NCBI GenBank assembly: GCA_947476185.1
Contig: CANJPX010000010.1
Span: 574 to 64,573 of the forward strand
Reading direction: 5' to 3'
Source of the DNA: Bacteroidota bacterium
GTDB taxonomy: Bacteria > Bacteroidota > Bacteroidia > 2-12-FULL-35-15
DNA: 64,000 nucleotides
In this document: in pieces, positions 48,962 to 59,200 of the stretch
How the letters are laid out: every line of letters starts with the position of its first letter
Numbering within the stretch: the first letter of the stretch is position 1
Notes under the pieces: model-generated
What the model saw: the letters and a program-made list of their open reading frames with translations, nothing else
Told to the model about the DNA's origin: nothing
Database searches by the model: none
Made by a program: the position numbers and the translations under genes

Positions 48962-49021
48962 AGTATCATATAGTCGCTTCGTGGATCTTTCTATTACGGC
49001 TATATGATACTTTTATAATTT
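48962..49021 (+). terminator. rho-independent terminator after the MbnP-like gene
   Basis: 15-bp inverted repeat AGTATCATATAGTCG / CGGCTATATGATACT (1 mismatch) followed by TTTTATAATTT. Confidence 0.5.
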
Positions 49022-49161
49022 CTAAAAGGAGTCAATTGCAATTTGATAATCTGACTAATAATTTATAGGCATAAAAAATATTTTTATAAGAAAAAAACTA
49101 ACAAAAGAAATATCATTTTATATCAAGAAAAGAACCTTAACTTTAACTTAAATTAAAAAAA

Positions 49162-49545
49162 ATGAAACATTCATTTAGGTATTTAGCAATTCTTTATTTC
49201 GTTACTTTAATTGCAATGACTATCACGTCATGTAAAAAAGAAGGAACCGGTGGAAAATCTAGTGTAAGTGGAAGTGTAAAGCACCATTCCAGACTTATTC
49301 CCAACGCTATTGTTTACATAAAATATGGTGCAACAGAATTTCCGGGAACAGATATTAGTAAGTATGATGACCACGTAACTTCGGATGCGGATGCACATTA
49401 TGAATTCAAAGACCTGCGCAAAGGTGATTATTATTTGTATGGAGCTGGATACGACACGTATGGCCTTTTTAATGTTACCGGAGGCGTTGGTATAAAATTA
49501 AAATACAACAAGTCAATTACCATAGATGTTCCGGTAACGGAGTAA
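49162..49545 (+). CDS. hypothetical lipoprotein with beta-sandwich (carboxypeptidase-regulatory/transthyretin-like) features
   Basis: 127 aa. Lipobox ..MTITSC. ..GSVKHHSRLIPNAIVYIKYG.. pattern. Confidence 0.4.
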   Translation: MKHSFRYLAILYFVTLIAMTITSCKKEGTGGKSSVSGSVKHHSRLIPNAIVYIKYGATEFPGTDISKYDDHVTSDADAHYEFKDLRKGDYYLYGAGYDTYGLFNVTGGVGIKLKYNKSITIDVPVTE

Positions 49546-49645
49546 AAAAATTTGAAGCTCAAATCGATTTGACATCACGTTTTATTTTTTAAAGAACTAC
49601 GATTAACGAAAAACTTAACCATTCCGATTTTTATTATTTATTAAA

Positions 49646-51106
49646 ATGAAGCGTAAACAAAAAATACTATTTTTTATTCCATTAACAATTTTTATTGTTT
49701 GCTTCTTAACGACATGCACCAACGATAAAGGAATACCTGATTACAATCAATTTCCTGATGATGTCGGAAAAATAATTTTCACTAAATGTGCTACGCCCGG
49801 CTGTCACACAGATATAAGCAAAGGTGCAACAGGAGGTCTTTCACTGGAAAGTTGGGATAAAATGTTTGATGGAGGGAAAACCAGTGCCTGTGTTATCCCC
49901 TACAGAAATGACTACAGCACATTTTTTTCCTATATAAATACATATTCAGATCTAGGTGTAACACTTTTACCGGTTATGCCATACAATAAAAATCCTTTAA
50001 CGCGTGAGGAAGTTATACTATTAGGAAACTGGATCAATGCAGGGGCGCCCAGCAGAGATGGCACTATAAAATTTGCAGACGATCCTAATCGTAAAAAGTT
50101 TTATGTCACAAACCAAGGTTGTGATGTTGTAACTGTGTTTGATCAAAAAACACAATTACCAATGCGTTACATCAATGTAGGAAACTCCGCAGCTACGGAA
50201 TCTCCGCATGACATAAAAGTTTCACCTGATGGACAATATTGGTATGTTGTATTTTTACAAGGAAATTCAATCCAAAAATATAAAACGAGTGATGACACTT
50301 TTGTGGGTGAAGCTTTTTTAGGTGTAAAGAGTTGGAATTCTTTTACGATGACAAGTGATGGTTCTAAGGCCTATGTGGTTGACTGGAGCAGCAGTGGCGA
50401 TGTTGCAGTGGTAGACCTTAACACATTTGCTGTAACACATAATATTGGTTTTAATTATCCACATGGTTCTTGTCTTAATCCAACAGAAGATACTTTATAT
50501 GTAACGGAACAAAACAATAGCAGCAAAATGTATAAAGTTCCCGTAAATGATTTTTCTGCATTCTCAGAAATAAATTTATTTACAACACCGCCTCCCTCTT
50601 TTCTGAATTCACATCTTGTAGACTTTTCCCCTGATGGAACAGAATATTTTGTGACTTGTCAAGGAACATCAGAAGTCAGAGTTTTTCAACAAGGAACAGA
50701 TCAATTATTAGCGACAATACCGGTTGGAGGACTTCCTTCTGAAATGGCAATTTCAGATCTTCACAATTATTTATTTGTTACCTGTGAAGAGGATACACTT
50801 TCCTTTCCAGGCAAAAGAGGAAGCATCGCTGTAATCGACATTGCAAGTAATTCATTAATAAAAACAATTTATTCGGGCCATCAACCGCATGGAATTGATG
50901 TTGACGATGAAAAAAATCTGGTTTATATCGCCAACAGAAATAAAACGAATGATGGCCCGGCACCTCATCACACAAGCGTTTGCGGCGGCAGGAATGGGTA
51001 TGTTACTTTTATTGATATGAATAGTTTAGAATTGATTCAAGCGGGTGCCGGCGCAAAAAAAACCGAGGTTTCCGTGGATCCATATGAAGTAGCTGTCCGT
51101 CACTGA
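49646..51106 (+). CDS. lipoprotein with N-terminal mono-heme cytochrome c domain fused to a YVTN-type beta-propeller (cd1-like architecture)
   Basis: 486 aa. Lipobox ..FLTTC. ..IIFTKCATPGCHTD.. (CxxCH) and ..LTREEVILLGNWINAGAP cytochrome c C-terminal helix. Repeated propeller blades (FYVTNQG, AYVVDWSS, LYVTEQNN, YFVTCQG, LFVTCEED, VYIANRN). Confidence 0.7.
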   Translation: MKRKQKILFFIPLTIFIVCFLTTCTNDKGIPDYNQFPDDVGKIIFTKCATPGCHTDISKGATGGLSLESWDKMFDGGKTSACVIPYRNDYSTFFSYINTYSDLGVTLLPVMPYNKNPLTREEVILLGNWINAGAPSRDGTIKFADDPNRKKFYVTNQGCDVVTVFDQKTQLPMRYINVGNSAATESPHDIKVSPDGQYWYVVFLQGNSIQKYKTSDDTFVGEAFLGVKSWNSFTMTSDGSKAYVVDWSSSGDVAVVDLNTFAVTHNIGFNYPHGSCLNPTEDTLYVTEQNNSSKMYKVPVNDFSAFSEINLFTTPPPSFLNSHLVDFSPDGTEYFVTCQGTSEVRVFQQGTDQLLATIPVGGLPSEMAISDLHNYLFVTCEEDTLSFPGKRGSIAVIDIASNSLIKTIYSGHQPHGIDVDDEKNLVYIANRNKTNDGPAPHHTSVCGGRNGYVTFIDMNSLELIQAGAGAKKTEVSVDPYEVAVRH

Positions 51107-51519
51107 TGTCTCCATTACCCGAAAATAGCAACATTATACTTTTTGATGGCATCTGTAATCTCTGCAATTCATATGTCAATAAAACTATCAAGCTCGACAA
51201 AAAAAATAAATTTAAATTTGCTACACTTCAATCAGAAGTTGGAAAAAAAATATTACGTGAATGCTTGATTGACCCTTCAGTAACTGACAGCATTATTTTA
51301 TTTGAAAACAAAACTGCCTATTCAAAATCAACGGCCGTACTTAAGATTGCAAAACTCATTGGCGGACTTTATTCATTAGCCTTCGCTTTTATTATTATCC
51401 CACCATTCATTCGAAATGCTGTTTACGATTTCATTGCAAAAAACAGGTATAAATGGTTTGGAAAAAAGGAAACATGTATGGTTCCTACAGAAGAAATAAA
51501 GTCAAAATTTATTTCTTAA
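51106..51519 (+). CDS. thiol-disulfide oxidoreductase, DCC family (DUF393)
   Basis: 137 aa. ..IILFDGICNLCNSYVN.. is the DCC-family DGxCxLC signature. Its ATG overlaps the upstream TGA (TGATG), suggesting translational coupling. Confidence 0.75.
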   Translation: MSPLPENSNIILFDGICNLCNSYVNKTIKLDKKNKFKFATLQSEVGKKILRECLIDPSVTDSIILFENKTAYSKSTAVLKIAKLIGGLYSLAFAFIIIPPFIRNAVYDFIAKNRYKWFGKKETCMVPTEEIKSKFIS

Positions 51520-51949
51520 TTTTTGGAAGTTTTAATTTCAAAATCTTTTTCTCATAATCTATTACTCCATTATATTTCAAAAGCAGATCGCTTCCCAAAA
51601 CACCATCAACAGGCTTCAATCCAATTTGTTTATACGATTGGTTCACATGAGAAAGGTCGAGTAAAATAGTTTTATAATCTTCGATCTGGAGTTCTCCGAT
51701 CTTCATTTTTTTTATGACAACAAGTTCGCTCTTCATTGTATTCGTACCCAAACCACTTGATAAACTACTATGCTTTTCAAATGTTTTTTTTGCAACGTAT
51801 TTCTCAATTCTTGTTTTATCGAATACCGTCTTTGAAGCACCAGTATCAACGATCAAATGGGCTACTTTTTTATTGATATACAATTTTATCATCAGATGAA
51901 AACCATCACCTGCGATATCTAAAATTTTTAATGGAATTGTTGTAATCAT
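51509..51949 (-). CDS. retropepsin-like (clan AA) aspartic protease domain protein
   Basis: 146 aa with ..AHLIVDTGASKTVFD.. (DTG active-site motif). Confidence 0.6.
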   Translation of the reverse strand: MITTIPLKILDIAGDGFHLMIKLYINKKVAHLIVDTGASKTVFDKTRIEKYVAKKTFEKHSSLSSGLGTNTMKSELVVIKKMKIGELQIEDYKTILLDLSHVNQSYKQIGLKPVDGVLGSDLLLKYNGVIDYEKKILKLKLPKIKK

Positions 51950-51951
51950 GG

Positions 51952-51988
51952 GAGTAAAAAAAAGGCGATCGAATAATCAGATCGCCTT
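51952..51988 (-). terminator. rho-independent terminator downstream of mdh
   Basis: Perfect 10-bp stem AAAGGCGATC-GAATAATCA-GATCGCCTTT followed on the minus strand by TTTTTTTACT. Confidence 0.6.
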
Positions 51989-52008
51989 TAAAATAAAATT
52001 AATTAATA

Positions 52009-52944
52009 TTAAACAGCAAGAGTACTTAAAATGCTATTCATGTTTCTTACTGCATCTGCACTTTTAGCAAAAGCAGCTTTTTCTTCGTCATTCAATTTTA
52101 CATCTACAATTTTCTCCCAACCATTTTTTCCAATGATAACAGGAACTCCAATACAAATATCTTTTTGTCCATATTCACCATCTAAATAAACGCAGCAAGA
52201 AAATAATTTTTTCTGATCGTTCAAAATACTATCAACTAAAGCGGCAACAGCTGCTCCAGGAGCATACCAAGCAGAAGTACCTAGCATACCTGTTAATGTA
52301 GCACCACCAACCATTGTATCTGCAGCAACTTTTTTCAATTTTTCAGCATCAAGTAATTGTGAAACTGGAACTCCTTTGTAGGAAGCCATTCTTGTTAACG
52401 GAATCATTGTAGTATCACCGTGACCACCAATAACCATTCCTTCAATATCATTCGGAGAAGCGTTCAAGGCTAAAGATAAATAACATTTAAAACGAGCGCT
52501 ATCCAAGATTCCGCCCATTCCGATAATTCTATTTTTCGGTAATTTGCTATCTTTCAATGCAAGGTAAGTCATTGTATCCATTGGATTACTCACAACCACA
52601 ACAATTGCATTTGGAGAATGTTTTAATAAATTTTCTGTAACACCTTTTACGATGCCCGCATTTATTCCGATCAATTCTTCTCTTGTCATTCCAGGCTTAC
52701 GAGGAACTCCACTTGTAATAACAACAACATCACTGTTAGCCGTTTTTGAATAATCATTTGTGCTACCGCTAACACGGGTATCAAACCCATTTAATGTTGC
52801 AGTTTGCATCATGTCCAATGCCTTTCCTTCAGCAAAATTTTCTCTGATATCTAGCAATACTACCTCTGAAGCGATTTTACGAAATGCTAATACATCTGCT
52901 GATGTAGCGCCAACATTTCCAGCTCCTACTACTGTTACTTTCAT
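52009..52944 (-). CDS. mdh: malate dehydrogenase (LDH-like MDH family)
   Basis: Start taken at MKVTVVGAGNVGATSADVL (the ORF track extends 22 codons upstream). Typical ..ITSGVPRKPGMTREEL.. and substrate-binding blocks. Confidence 0.85.
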   Translation of the reverse strand: MKVTVVGAGNVGATSADVLAFRKIASEVVLLDIRENFAEGKALDMMQTATLNGFDTRVSGSTNDYSKTANSDVVVITSGVPRKPGMTREELIGINAGIVKGVTENLLKHSPNAIVVVVSNPMDTMTYLALKDSKLPKNRIIGMGGILDSARFKCYLSLALNASPNDIEGMVIGGHGDTTMIPLTRMASYKGVPVSQLLDAEKLKKVAADTMVGGATLTGMLGTSAWYAPGAAVAALVDSILNDQKKLFSCCVYLDGEYGQKDICIGVPVIIGKNGWEKIVDVKLNDEEKAAFAKSADAVRNMNSILSTLAV

Positions 52945-53155
52945 ATTTTTTTTGATTTTTAGGTTATCGAAATTTTCGAGGGCTAATTTAGAAAAGAAAA
53001 ACATATTCAACTATGTTTTTTTGAACAGTTTTAGCAATTTAATAGCATTTTTAAAAAAATCACTTTTTTGATGCAACTTAAATTTAACTTTTTGCATCTG
53101 CCTGAAAGGCAGATTATAATATTTGCATTATATTAGTAGCGATAAAACTTTCTTT

Positions 53156-55789
53156 ATGAAAAAGACGACACTTCTTCTTCTCGTTTTTGCAATTGTATTT
53201 TTTATACCAAATTTGGTAATAGCACAAGGTGGTGATTGCACAACAGCCGATCCATTTTGTACAGGTGTAAGCTATACTTTCCCTGCTTCTACAACAACTG
53301 CTGCGGCGACAGGCCCGGATTATGGTTGCTTGCTTTCGCAACCAAATCCGGCATTTTATTATGTGCAGATTGCTACTCCGGGAACGCTGATCATCGATAT
53401 TTCTCAACAAACTGCTGCCGGCTTAGGTACCGATGTAGACTTTATTTGTTGGGGACCTTTTACTTCTCCTTCAGCCGGATGTGCTTCCGGATTAATAGGC
53501 TCAGCAGTTGATTGCAGTTTTTCAACTGCAGCAAATGAAACATGTACTATCCCATCTGCCTTAACAGGGCAATTCTATATTTTGCTTTTAACAAATTTTG
53601 AAGGCGTTGCTGCAGACATAACTTTTGCCTCCAACGGTTCCAGTACTGCAACGACCAATTGTGCTATCCTATGTAACATGACAGGATTAACAGCAGTTCC
53701 CGGACCTTGTAATCCTGCCACAAATACGTATACATTGAGTGGCGTCATAACCTATGCCGACCCGCCTACCACCGGCACGTTAACCGTCACGAACAGTTGT
53801 AGTGGGGTCACGCAAGTCTTTAATCCACCATTTCCAGCTACATCGGTCAGTTACTCACTGGCCGGAATGCCTGCCACAGGAGCGGGCTGTACAGTAACGG
53901 CCGTGTTTTCTGGCGACCCATTGTGTACATTAACAACTCCTTTCACAGCTACGGCCCCTTGTACAGTTTCCTGTTTGATTTCTGCAGTTACAGCAACGCC
54001 GACAGCTTGTAATGCTGTAACTCAACAATATGATGTGAGCGGGAACGTTACTTTTGTGAATGCTCCTGCTTCAGGGACATTAACAATTACGAATTCTTGC
54101 GGAGGAACACCGGTAGTTTTCAACGCACCATTTACAAGTCCTGCTGCCTATAGCTTCCCGGGATTAATTTCAAACGGCGCATCCTGTAATGTAACTGCTG
54201 TTTTTTCTGCAGATCCTGCTTGTACTTTCACGCAAGCGTATATTGCTCCAGCACCTTGTCCGGTTTCATGTTCGATAACGGCATTAACTGCAACACCATC
54301 GGCATGTGATCCTGTAACAAACAATTATTCAGTTACAGGAAGTATCTCCTTTGTAAATCCGCCAGCAACAGGAACCTTAACGGTTTCAAGTTCTTGCGGA
54401 GGTACGGTGCAAATTTTGAGTCCACCATTTGTGAGTCCGCTCGCATACGCCTTAAACGGACTAACGTCTAACGGTTCTGCCTGTGTTGTTACAGCCGTAT
54501 TTTCTGCAGATCCTTTGTGTATCTTAACTCAAAACTATACAGCCCCAGCCTCTTGTACGTTATGCCCTGTAACTGCAGCTAACAATGGTCCATTATGTGC
54601 CGGACAAACATTAAACCTCACAGCAACAACTGTTGCAGGCGCAACCTATAGCTGGACAGGTCCCGGTGGATTTGTTTCAACACTGCAAAACCCTACAATT
54701 CCTGCAACTACCGCGGCAATGTCAGGAGTTTACACTGTTACAATTAATATAGTAACACCAGCCTGCAGCGGAGCTTCCAGCACCACAGTTACAATAAATG
54801 CCCTTCCTGTTGTTATAGTGAATTCTCCGACAACATGTACAGGCATTTCGACAACACTTACAGCAAGCGGAGCTACAACTTATTCCTGGTCTTCCGGTGA
54901 AATAACCAATCCAATAACAGTTCCAGGAACATCCACAAGCTATACCGTAACAGGAACGACAGCAGGTTGCACAGGAACTGCGGTAGCAGTTGTAACAAGC
55001 TCCCCTCCACCTATCGTTAGTTTTGCTGGAGTAAATTTAAGCGGTTGCAATCCTGTTTCGGCAAGTTTCACTGCTGACCAAACAGGGAATCCGGGAGCAA
55101 CATATACTTGGAATTTTGGTGATGGGACAACAGGAACAGGTCCTACTACTTCACATGTCTATTTGACCAATGGATGCCACACTGTAACATTAACAGTAAG
55201 TTTCGGAGCGGGATGTTCAACCACAGATTCCATACCTTGTATGGTAAATGTTTTTGCTCAACCGACTGCAAATTTCACATTTGCTCCTACTACTATTGAT
55301 ATCTTAAATCCAACAGCATTCTTTACAAACGCTTCTGCTAATTCTACTATTTGGGCCTGGGATTTTGGAGACAACACTTCCTCGACAACAGAAAACCCTA
55401 TTCATACCTGGGGAGAAATGGGGGCCTATCCTGTAACCTTATACGCTTCAACAGCAAATGGCTGTATCGACTCAATTACCTATATTATCTACATTGAAGA
55501 TATTGTTACCGCTTATATTCCAAATACATTTTCTCCGAATGCTGATGGAGTGAATGATATTTTTAATATTTATTCCCACGGTATTTCTCCAGACAATTTT
55601 GAAATGTTGATCTTCGACAGATGGGGAAATAAAATATATACTTCACGAAATATTAATGAAGGATGGAATGGCGCGGTAAATAATCGTGGAGAAGTTGTTG
55701 AAATTGATGTTTATGTATACCATTTTAATTACAGAGATTTCAAAGGCGGAAAACACAAAGCCATTGGACATGTAACAATTATAAAATAA
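53156..55789 (+). CDS. large cell-surface adhesin-like protein with gliding-motility-associated (T9SS type B) C-terminal domain
   Basis: About 877 aa from MKKTTLLLLVFAIVFFIPNLVIAQ. Cys-rich N-terminal domain shared with the next gene, three about 95-aa repeats (..TAVPGPCNPATNTYTLSG..), Ig-like and PKD (..YTWNFGDGTTGTGPTTSHVY..) domains. C-terminal ..YIPNTFSPNADGVNDIFNIY..LIFDRWGNKIY..GWNG.. CHU_C-type domain. Confidence 0.8.
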   Translation: MKKTTLLLLVFAIVFFIPNLVIAQGGDCTTADPFCTGVSYTFPASTTTAAATGPDYGCLLSQPNPAFYYVQIATPGTLIIDISQQTAAGLGTDVDFICWGPFTSPSAGCASGLIGSAVDCSFSTAANETCTIPSALTGQFYILLLTNFEGVAADITFASNGSSTATTNCAILCNMTGLTAVPGPCNPATNTYTLSGVITYADPPTTGTLTVTNSCSGVTQVFNPPFPATSVSYSLAGMPATGAGCTVTAVFSGDPLCTLTTPFTATAPCTVSCLISAVTATPTACNAVTQQYDVSGNVTFVNAPASGTLTITNSCGGTPVVFNAPFTSPAAYSFPGLISNGASCNVTAVFSADPACTFTQAYIAPAPCPVSCSITALTATPSACDPVTNNYSVTGSISFVNPPATGTLTVSSSCGGTVQILSPPFVSPLAYALNGLTSNGSACVVTAVFSADPLCILTQNYTAPASCTLCPVTAANNGPLCAGQTLNLTATTVAGATYSWTGPGGFVSTLQNPTIPATTAAMSGVYTVTINIVTPACSGASSTTVTINALPVVIVNSPTTCTGISTTLTASGATTYSWSSGEITNPITVPGTSTSYTVTGTTAGCTGTAVAVVTSSPPPIVSFAGVNLSGCNPVSASFTADQTGNPGATYTWNFGDGTTGTGPTTSHVYLTNGCHTVTLTVSFGAGCSTTDSIPCMVNVFAQPTANFTFAPTTIDILNPTAFFTNASANSTIWAWDFGDNTSSTTENPIHTWGEMGAYPVTLYASTANGCIDSITYIIYIEDIVTAYIPNTFSPNADGVNDIFNIYSHGISPDNFEMLIFDRWGNKIYTSRNINEGWNGAVNNRGEVVEIDVYVYHFNYRDFKGGKHKAIGHVTIIK

Positions 55790-55814
55790 GAAACATTTTT
55801 TATAAAAAAATCCT

Positions 55815-56234
55815 ATGAATTCTACTTCTAAATTTGAAAGATCAATAAAAATAGGGATTTCTATTTTTATTTTATTTTTATTTTCGAATAAAATATCTGC
55901 ACAAAGCAGCATTCAAGTAATGAGTGCAGATGCTGTAAAAATGGCAATAACAACAAATCTGAATCATGGGTTGCCAAGATTTCAAGGGTTAAATGTTCAA
56001 TATGTTATTTCAGCAGATCAATTAGAAGGAGCCAAACAAAACCCTTCAAAATTTATTACGGTAATCAAAAATATTCCGGGAGTCTTTGATTGTACTATTG
56101 ATGCAAAAAATTTATTAGTCTATGTGAATTGTCCAAAAGATGATGGCTCGGATTATCTAGCAGCAATAAAATCAAAATTAGCTGAACACAATGTAAAAAT
56201 GATCTCTTATAAAGAGTTTATTTATAAAAAATAA
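55815..56234 (+). CDS. hypothetical small secreted protein between the two adhesin genes
   Basis: 139 aa with signal peptide (..LFSNKISAQ). No family recognised. Confidence 0.35.
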   Translation: MNSTSKFERSIKIGISIFILFLFSNKISAQSSIQVMSADAVKMAITTNLNHGLPRFQGLNVQYVISADQLEGAKQNPSKFITVIKNIPGVFDCTIDAKNLLVYVNCPKDDGSDYLAAIKSKLAEHNVKMISYKEFIYKK

Positions 56235-56279
56235 TATTTAATGATACTCAAACTGAAACGAATAAAAACGCTCCCTTGC

Positions 56280-59200
56280 ATGAAAAAAAAATTACATAAA
56301 ACAAGTTTTCGAAAAATTCTACAAATTTCAATTTCAAAAAAACTAATTGAAATTTTTTTAGGATTATTTCTGCTTGTATCAGGTCAAATATTCGGGCAAG
56401 GAAATAACCCATGTGCTGCAACCCCTTTGGCAACAAATGCAACTTGTATTGTTACAAATGGCACTACCGTGGGTGCAACTTATGCTAGCAATGCTGCAAA
56501 TGGAGGAAGCCCAACATGTGCCTCACCGGGAGCGCCAGATGTATGGTATAGTATTGTCGCTCCAGCTAGTGGAAGTATAACACTTACTATGTCAGGTGGA
56601 GGTATTACAGATGGAGGAATGGCATTATATAACGGCCCTTGTGGCGGCCCAACACAAATTGCCTGCAGTGATGACGCAATTGGTTTAATGCCTCAAATCG
56701 TTCAATCAGGTTTAACACCAGGTGCAACATACTATGTAAGGGTGTGGTCTTATTTTAGCGGCACAGGAACTTTTGGTATTTGTGATGTTGCAAATCCGGC
56801 CCCGCCTCCTCCTCCCGCAAATGACAATCCATGTGCAGCAACAGTTTTAACTCCAGGGGTGGCTTGTACATATACTGCAGGAACTACTTCAGGTGCAACA
56901 CAAACCTTAGCTGGTTGTGTTGGTACTGCCAATGATGATGTTTGGTATTCCTTCGTAGCGGCAGGAACTTCTCAAGTAATAACGGTAGCAGCATCGGCAG
57001 GTTTTGATCCTGTTGTTGAGGTATTCTCTGGAACGTGTGGCGGACTAACAGCTATGAGTTGTAATGACTTTGCATATTTGAGTGGATCTACTGGTGGCAG
57101 CACAATAGCGGGTCTAACAATAGGACAAACCTATTGGGTAAGAATTTATGATTACTTTTCAGGTGTTCCTGCAACTAGTACTTTTAATATTTGTATTACA
57201 ACTCCTCCTCCTCCTCCTCCTCCAGGACCGGGAGATGATTGTTCTCAGGCTATACCATTTTGTACAGGAACAACTTATACCTTCCCAAATAATACAGGGA
57301 TTGCATCTTTAGGAAGCGGTGGAACTTATGGTTGTTTATTATCCACTCCTAATCCCGTTTGGTATTTTATGCAAGCAGCTACTGCTGGAAATCTTAGTAT
57401 AGGGATCAACCAAGGTACAACTGCTGGTGCTGGAAATTTAGATCTTGACTATTGCTTATGGGGTCCATTTTCAAGTCAGGCAGCGGGTTGTGCAGGAATT
57501 TCAGCAGCAAATATTTTAAGTTGTAGTTATTCTATTGCTGCAACAGAAACAGCAAATATTCCAAACGCAATAGTAGGTCAATTTTATCTTTTATTACTAA
57601 CAAATTTCTCTAACTCTGCCGGGGTTATTCAATTCAGTCAGACACTAGGGCCGGGAAGTACAAACTGTGCAGTACTTTGCGGGATGTCAGCTTTAACAGC
57701 AGTTCCCGGAGCATGTGTCCCTGCTACTAACACATATTCCGTTACAGGATCTGTAACATTCGTTTACCCTCCTGCCACCGGAAATCTAGTGATCTCTAGC
57801 AGTTGTGGAGGAAGTGTTACTGTGCCAAGTGCTGGTCTGGCAAGTCCTTATAACTATACAATTTCTGGTATTACACCTACCGGTGGCCCCTGCACAATTA
57901 CTGCAGCCTTTACTGCTGATGCAACGTGCGCACTGAATCAAACATACACTGCACCTGCCCCCTGTACCTCATGTGTTGCAACGGCCACTAATACTGGGCC
58001 CTATTGCGCCGGAGCAACTATTCAACTGAATGCCACAGGTGGCGGAACATACAGTTGGAGCGGCCCTGGAGCTTTTACTTCAACCTTACAAAACCCTACC
58101 CGGCCAGCTTCTACAGTAGCCATGAGTGGCACCTATACAGTTACTGTTACAAATGGAGCTTCCACTTGTACAGCAATAACTGCTGTTACAGTAAACCCTA
58201 TACCAGTAATTACAGCACCGGCCAATATAGCTGTTTGTGCTGGCACAGCGATTGCCGCAACAAATTTTGTAAGTATACCAGCCGGGGCAACATATACCTG
58301 GTCTAATTCAAATGTGGCAATTGGCTTAACAGCTTCAGGTATAGGAAATGTCCCGGGATTCACGGGAACAAATGCTACTACGGCCGCAATTACAGGTACA
58401 ATTACGGTAACACCTACTTTGTCAGGTTGTGTTGGTTTACCAATTATCTATACAATCACCATAAATCCACAACCTACATCAGCCTTCACTCAAACAGCGA
58501 ATACTTGTTTGACTGGAAATTCGTTTACTTTTACAAGTGCCCCAGTTATACCTTTAGGTTATACACAATCATGGACTTTTGGTGGTGGTGGTGCCAGTCC
58601 GGCAACTTCAATAACTAGTCCTGTTACTGTTACTTATACCACTCCAGGCACATATACAATTACACATATTGTAACAGGACCGGGTGCTTGTACATCAACC
58701 ACAACATCAACGGTTACCATTTATCCAATGCCAATAGTAACGGTCAATTCAGTTACTATTTGTGCAGGACAAACTACTGTGTTAACGGCGGGCGGTGCAT
58801 CAACATATACCTGGAGCGCTGGAGCAACATCAGGAGGCGGAGCAACTGCAACAGCCTCTCCATTAACAACGACGACTTATACCGTAACTGGAACAAGCAC
58901 TGACGGGTGTACAGCAACAGCAATAGCAACAGTTACAGTTACTCCTCTTCCAATAGTAACTGTCAATTCTCCTACCATTTGTTTTGGAGCTACAGCTACA
59001 CTTAATGCTGCCGGCGGGACTACTTACCTTTGGTCAACTGGTGCAATAATAAACCCAATCACTGTTACCCCTGCAGGAACAACAACTTATACTGTAACAG
59101 GAACAACAGCAGCTTGCACGAACTCGGCAGTTTCAACTGTAACCGTTACGCCATTAACGACAGTTACGGCAGTGGCTAACCTCACATTTTGTCCTGGTGC

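Noticed and set aside
53114-53511. Cys/Arg-rich ORFs 53114..53410 (-) and 53236..53511 (+) near the first adhesin start
   Set aside because: They overlap the well-supported adhesin ORF in other frames. Their composition is an artefact of the Thr/Ala/Gly-rich codons.
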